Below are positions 62,042-64,000 of a DNA stretch of 64,000 bases, piece after piece. The translations under genes were made by a program, and so were the position numbers. The notes under the pieces were generated by a model that saw only the letters and a list, made by a program, of their open reading frames with translations, did no database searches and had not been told where the DNA came from. Numbering within the stretch: position 1 is the stretch's first letter; each line of letters opens with the position of its first letter. Source of the stretch: Clostridia bacterium (GTDB taxonomy: Bacteria; Bacillota; Clostridia; Christensenellales; CAG-138); NCBI GenBank assembly GCA_016292635.1, contig JAEDIC010000001.1, positions 67,275 through 131,274 on the forward strand, given 5' to 3'.

Positions 62042-64000
62042 CTACCATTCCAGTACAAATTCATCCATTGCCGAATAATCTGAGTATTTATTATTCTTGA
62101 TTTCAAGCAAAAGTACCATACAGTTTGTACAATTATTTTCCGAGGCAAGTTTAATATACTCCGCAATCTGAGCAAGGGTACAGCTTTCAAGCAGCGGCGC
62201 AACAGATACATCATCCTTCAGGATGCGCTCCATCAGTGTCCATTTGTCCAGCAGAGACACAATGTGATTTTCCCTTCTTCCGAACTTGCCTTTTATGGTA
62301 AATGTACCCAAAGTAAAGGTTTCATCTTTGCCTATAAGGTGGCGGATCCATTCGGTGCGCTCAAATGTGATGTCGCAATTGCAATTGAAATAGAATCCGA
62401 TATCATTATGAAAATCATTGTCATAAAAGCTTATGCCATTCTTTTCGTTTCGCATGAACCTGTATACGGATACCTTGCAATCCTTATAACGGTCTGAATC
62501 AATGGACTTTGGATTGACTTTGGGCTCCCAAATCTGCTCAAACGGCTGCTTGAGTCCCTTTGCGGTAAAGTATTTCTGCCATCCCCGGATATCATCTTCG
62601 TTCATTTCTACGGGATGAGCGACCTGGATTTTAGCAGTTTCATCAATGACATAGCTGTTGCCTTTTGCATCCACAGCACCGTTGTCGGAAAGAGTAAATG
62701 TCTTTTTGTTCTGCGTCCATACAATAAGTTGTGCTACAAGATTAAGAATCGGATTTTTGGTATAAGACCCAATCCAACTTGCTGCATCAAATTTGCCACC
62801 GCTTAAGAAAGCATCAAAGAGAAGATCGTTTCTACCTTTAACCACCTTTTTCAGGTTCTTCTTCATTTCGGCATAATCTTTGGATACCGCATCATACAGA
62901 TTTTCATCTACGCCTTTCTTGGGGATAGACTTTACCACCTTGCCTTCCGCGCTATCATAGAGTTCAAAGGCAAGGTTCTTTTGTACAGTTGCCGTGATTG
63001 TCTTGCTGCCAAGGTTATAAATTTTTCTTCCCATTTCATCAAGACCAAATTCACTTAACACGGTATCACGCAAAACATCGGCTGTCGTATCGCGCATATG
63101 GGCATAGCTGATGAGAAGGTTATTCTTATCCGCATAGAGCATAGCCTCGCGGGAATCGTTAAGCAGCAGCGCGCCTCTGACTACAATGATGGCGCTTCTG
63201 CCTGAAGCAGCATAGGTGTCCCAATCGCTCCAAGCATTCATGCGGGAAATAACTTCTTTTATCTGCTCCAGCGTTGCAAAACGACAATAGGGAATAAAGC
63301 ACTGCGGAGCTTTGCAGTCTGCAGTTTTTGCAATTTCTGAAAGCATTGCAAGGAAGCTTGCCTTATCCAGCGCAGAGGCAATTTCATCTGCCTTGGCATC
63401 AATGCTTGTGTTAGTATAATCCTTACGATAATTGCCGATGCTCTTGGGGCGGGACTCCATCTGCTCAATGTATGGAGCGATAGCACACTTTACAACAAAA
63501 GACGGGGCTGTCTTGGAAGAATCTTTGTATTTTACGCTGCTGAGGAGCTTTTCTGATATGCCGGCTTTTTTGATAGCCTTGTCCAGAATAGGCTCGGAAA
63601 AGGCTGCCCGGCACAGCGCTTCTACTGGGTGTTCGTCTGCTTGCTTGACTGTGCTTTTTTTAGATTTTGCGGCTGAACCGGCGGTTTTGCCTGCATCGCT
63701 GACGCATGATTGCAGAATCTCCAAGGCTTTTTTTGCTTTTGCAGCGGCAGCTGCAGCATAGAAGTCATCAATCGTTTGCTGCTTGATTTTAGCTTTGTTT
63801 TTGAAGATGAATTCAGCAGCCGTTGCAAAGGCAGTCCCTTTTTTACAGTCCGCAAGAACTTTTATATATGCCTGAACAGATGCTTCAGGTTTAGCTTCCA
63901 ACTTCCACTGACAAAGGCTCAATAAATCTTTGTCGCTTTGGAAAAGGGAAAGGGCCGCATAATCTTCCAATGTTGCCTTATCTTCCCATTTACTTATCAG
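62042..64000 (-). CDS. DUF4132-domain protein, 5'-truncated by the window edge.
   Basis: C-terminal block LVAQLIVWTQ..IQVAHPVEM..WQKYFTAKGLKQPFEQIWEP fits DUF4132. The frame stays open upstream of the track start (63970) to position 64000 (LISKWEDKAT...). Confidence 0.7.
   Translation of the reverse strand: MISKWEDKATLEDYAALSLFQSDKDLLSLCQWKLEAKPEASVQAYIKVLADCKKGTAFATAAEFIFKNKAKIKQQTIDDFYAAAAAAKAKKALEILQSCVSDAGKTAGSAAKSKKSTVKQADEHPVEALCRAAFSEPILDKAIKKAGISEKLLSSVKYKDSSKTAPSFVVKCAIAPYIEQMESRPKSIGNYRKDYTNTSIDAKADEIASALDKASFLAMLSEIAKTADCKAPQCFIPYCRFATLEQIKEVISRMNAWSDWDTYAASGRSAIIVVRGALLLNDSREAMLYADKNNLLISYAHMRDTTADVLRDTVLSEFGLDEMGRKIYNLGSKTITATVQKNLAFELYDSAEGKVVKSIPKKGVDENLYDAVSKDYAEMKKNLKKVVKGRNDLLFDAFLSGGKFDAASWIGSYTKNPILNLVAQLIVWTQNKKTFTLSDNGAVDAKGNSYVIDETAKIQVAHPVEMNEDDIRGWQKYFTAKGLKQPFEQIWEPKVNPKSIDSDRYKDCKVSVYRFMRNEKNGISFYDNDFHNDIGFYFNCNCDITFERTEWIRHLIGKDETFTLGTFTIKGKFGRRENHIVSLLDKWTLMERILKDDVSVAPLLESCTLAQIAEYIKLASENNCTNCMVLLLEIKNNKYSDYSAMDEFVLEW

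Larger units (their letters stand above)
45587..64000. mobile_element. Putative integrated island 2. Only the tRNA-distal boundary is seen, and it may run off the window.
   Basis: It starts at a displaced tRNA-Ser 3' fragment followed by an arm with GTATGTAGT x2. Cargo is mobile-element-type small proteins plus the five-gene operon. No integrase lies within the window. Confidence 0.35.

Overview
The window reads as a Clostridia-type Firmicute chromosome segment. This is an inference from a Spo0A-C-type domain, GGAGG ribosome-binding sites and an ANTAR/glnA arrangement. All family calls come from reading motifs by eye; no database search was possible.

Layout:
(i) 1-990: gene debris. A receiver-domain remnant is joined out of frame to a blaI-like 3' fragment.
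(ii) 995-9622 (-): a seven-gene peptide uptake and degradation operon (M19 dipeptidase, family-5 binding lipoprotein, two permeases, two ATPases, CocE/NonD hydrolase), with a divergent XRE-cupin regulator.
(iii) 10.6-19.3 kb: a glutamine hub. It holds pyrG with a leader attenuator, an ANTAR regulator plus glnA, a divergent type III glutamine synthetase with promoter and leader terminator, and glmS.
(iv) 19.5-26.9 kb: a phosphorelay cluster (Hpt, Spo0A-C-only protein, response regulator, hybrid kinase, binding lipoprotein).
(v) 27.3-31.8 kb: blaI plus a 1369-aa BlaR1-like M56 sensor ending in an NlpC/P60 domain with Cys->Ser at the nucleophile.
(vi) 32.1-37.6 kb: an ECF sigma cluster ending in an erythromycin-esterase-family protein.
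(vii) 37.6-47.9 kb: accessory DNA. It contains an AT-rich patch of tiny membrane ORFs, an IS200/IS605 remnant, direct copies of the 3' half of tRNA-Ser(GCU) (att-type scars), and PcfJ-like and Cys-rich mobile-element-type proteins. It also carries a cassette of a WYL regulator, a PD-(D/E)XK-like protein and a beta-CASP MBL nuclease.
(viii) 48.3-61.9 kb: a five-gene co-directional operon, followed by a convergent, window-truncated DUF4132 gene. The five products are a 1320-aa orphan protein with two RpoA-alphaCTD-like HhH modules, a 1553-aa DruE-like DEAH helicase with a DUF1998 zinc module, a signal-less BspA-type LRR/coiled-coil protein, a DUF2201/vWA protein and a MoxR-type AAA+ ATPase.

The five-gene operon and the WYL cassette are my best candidates for undescribed conflict or defence systems.
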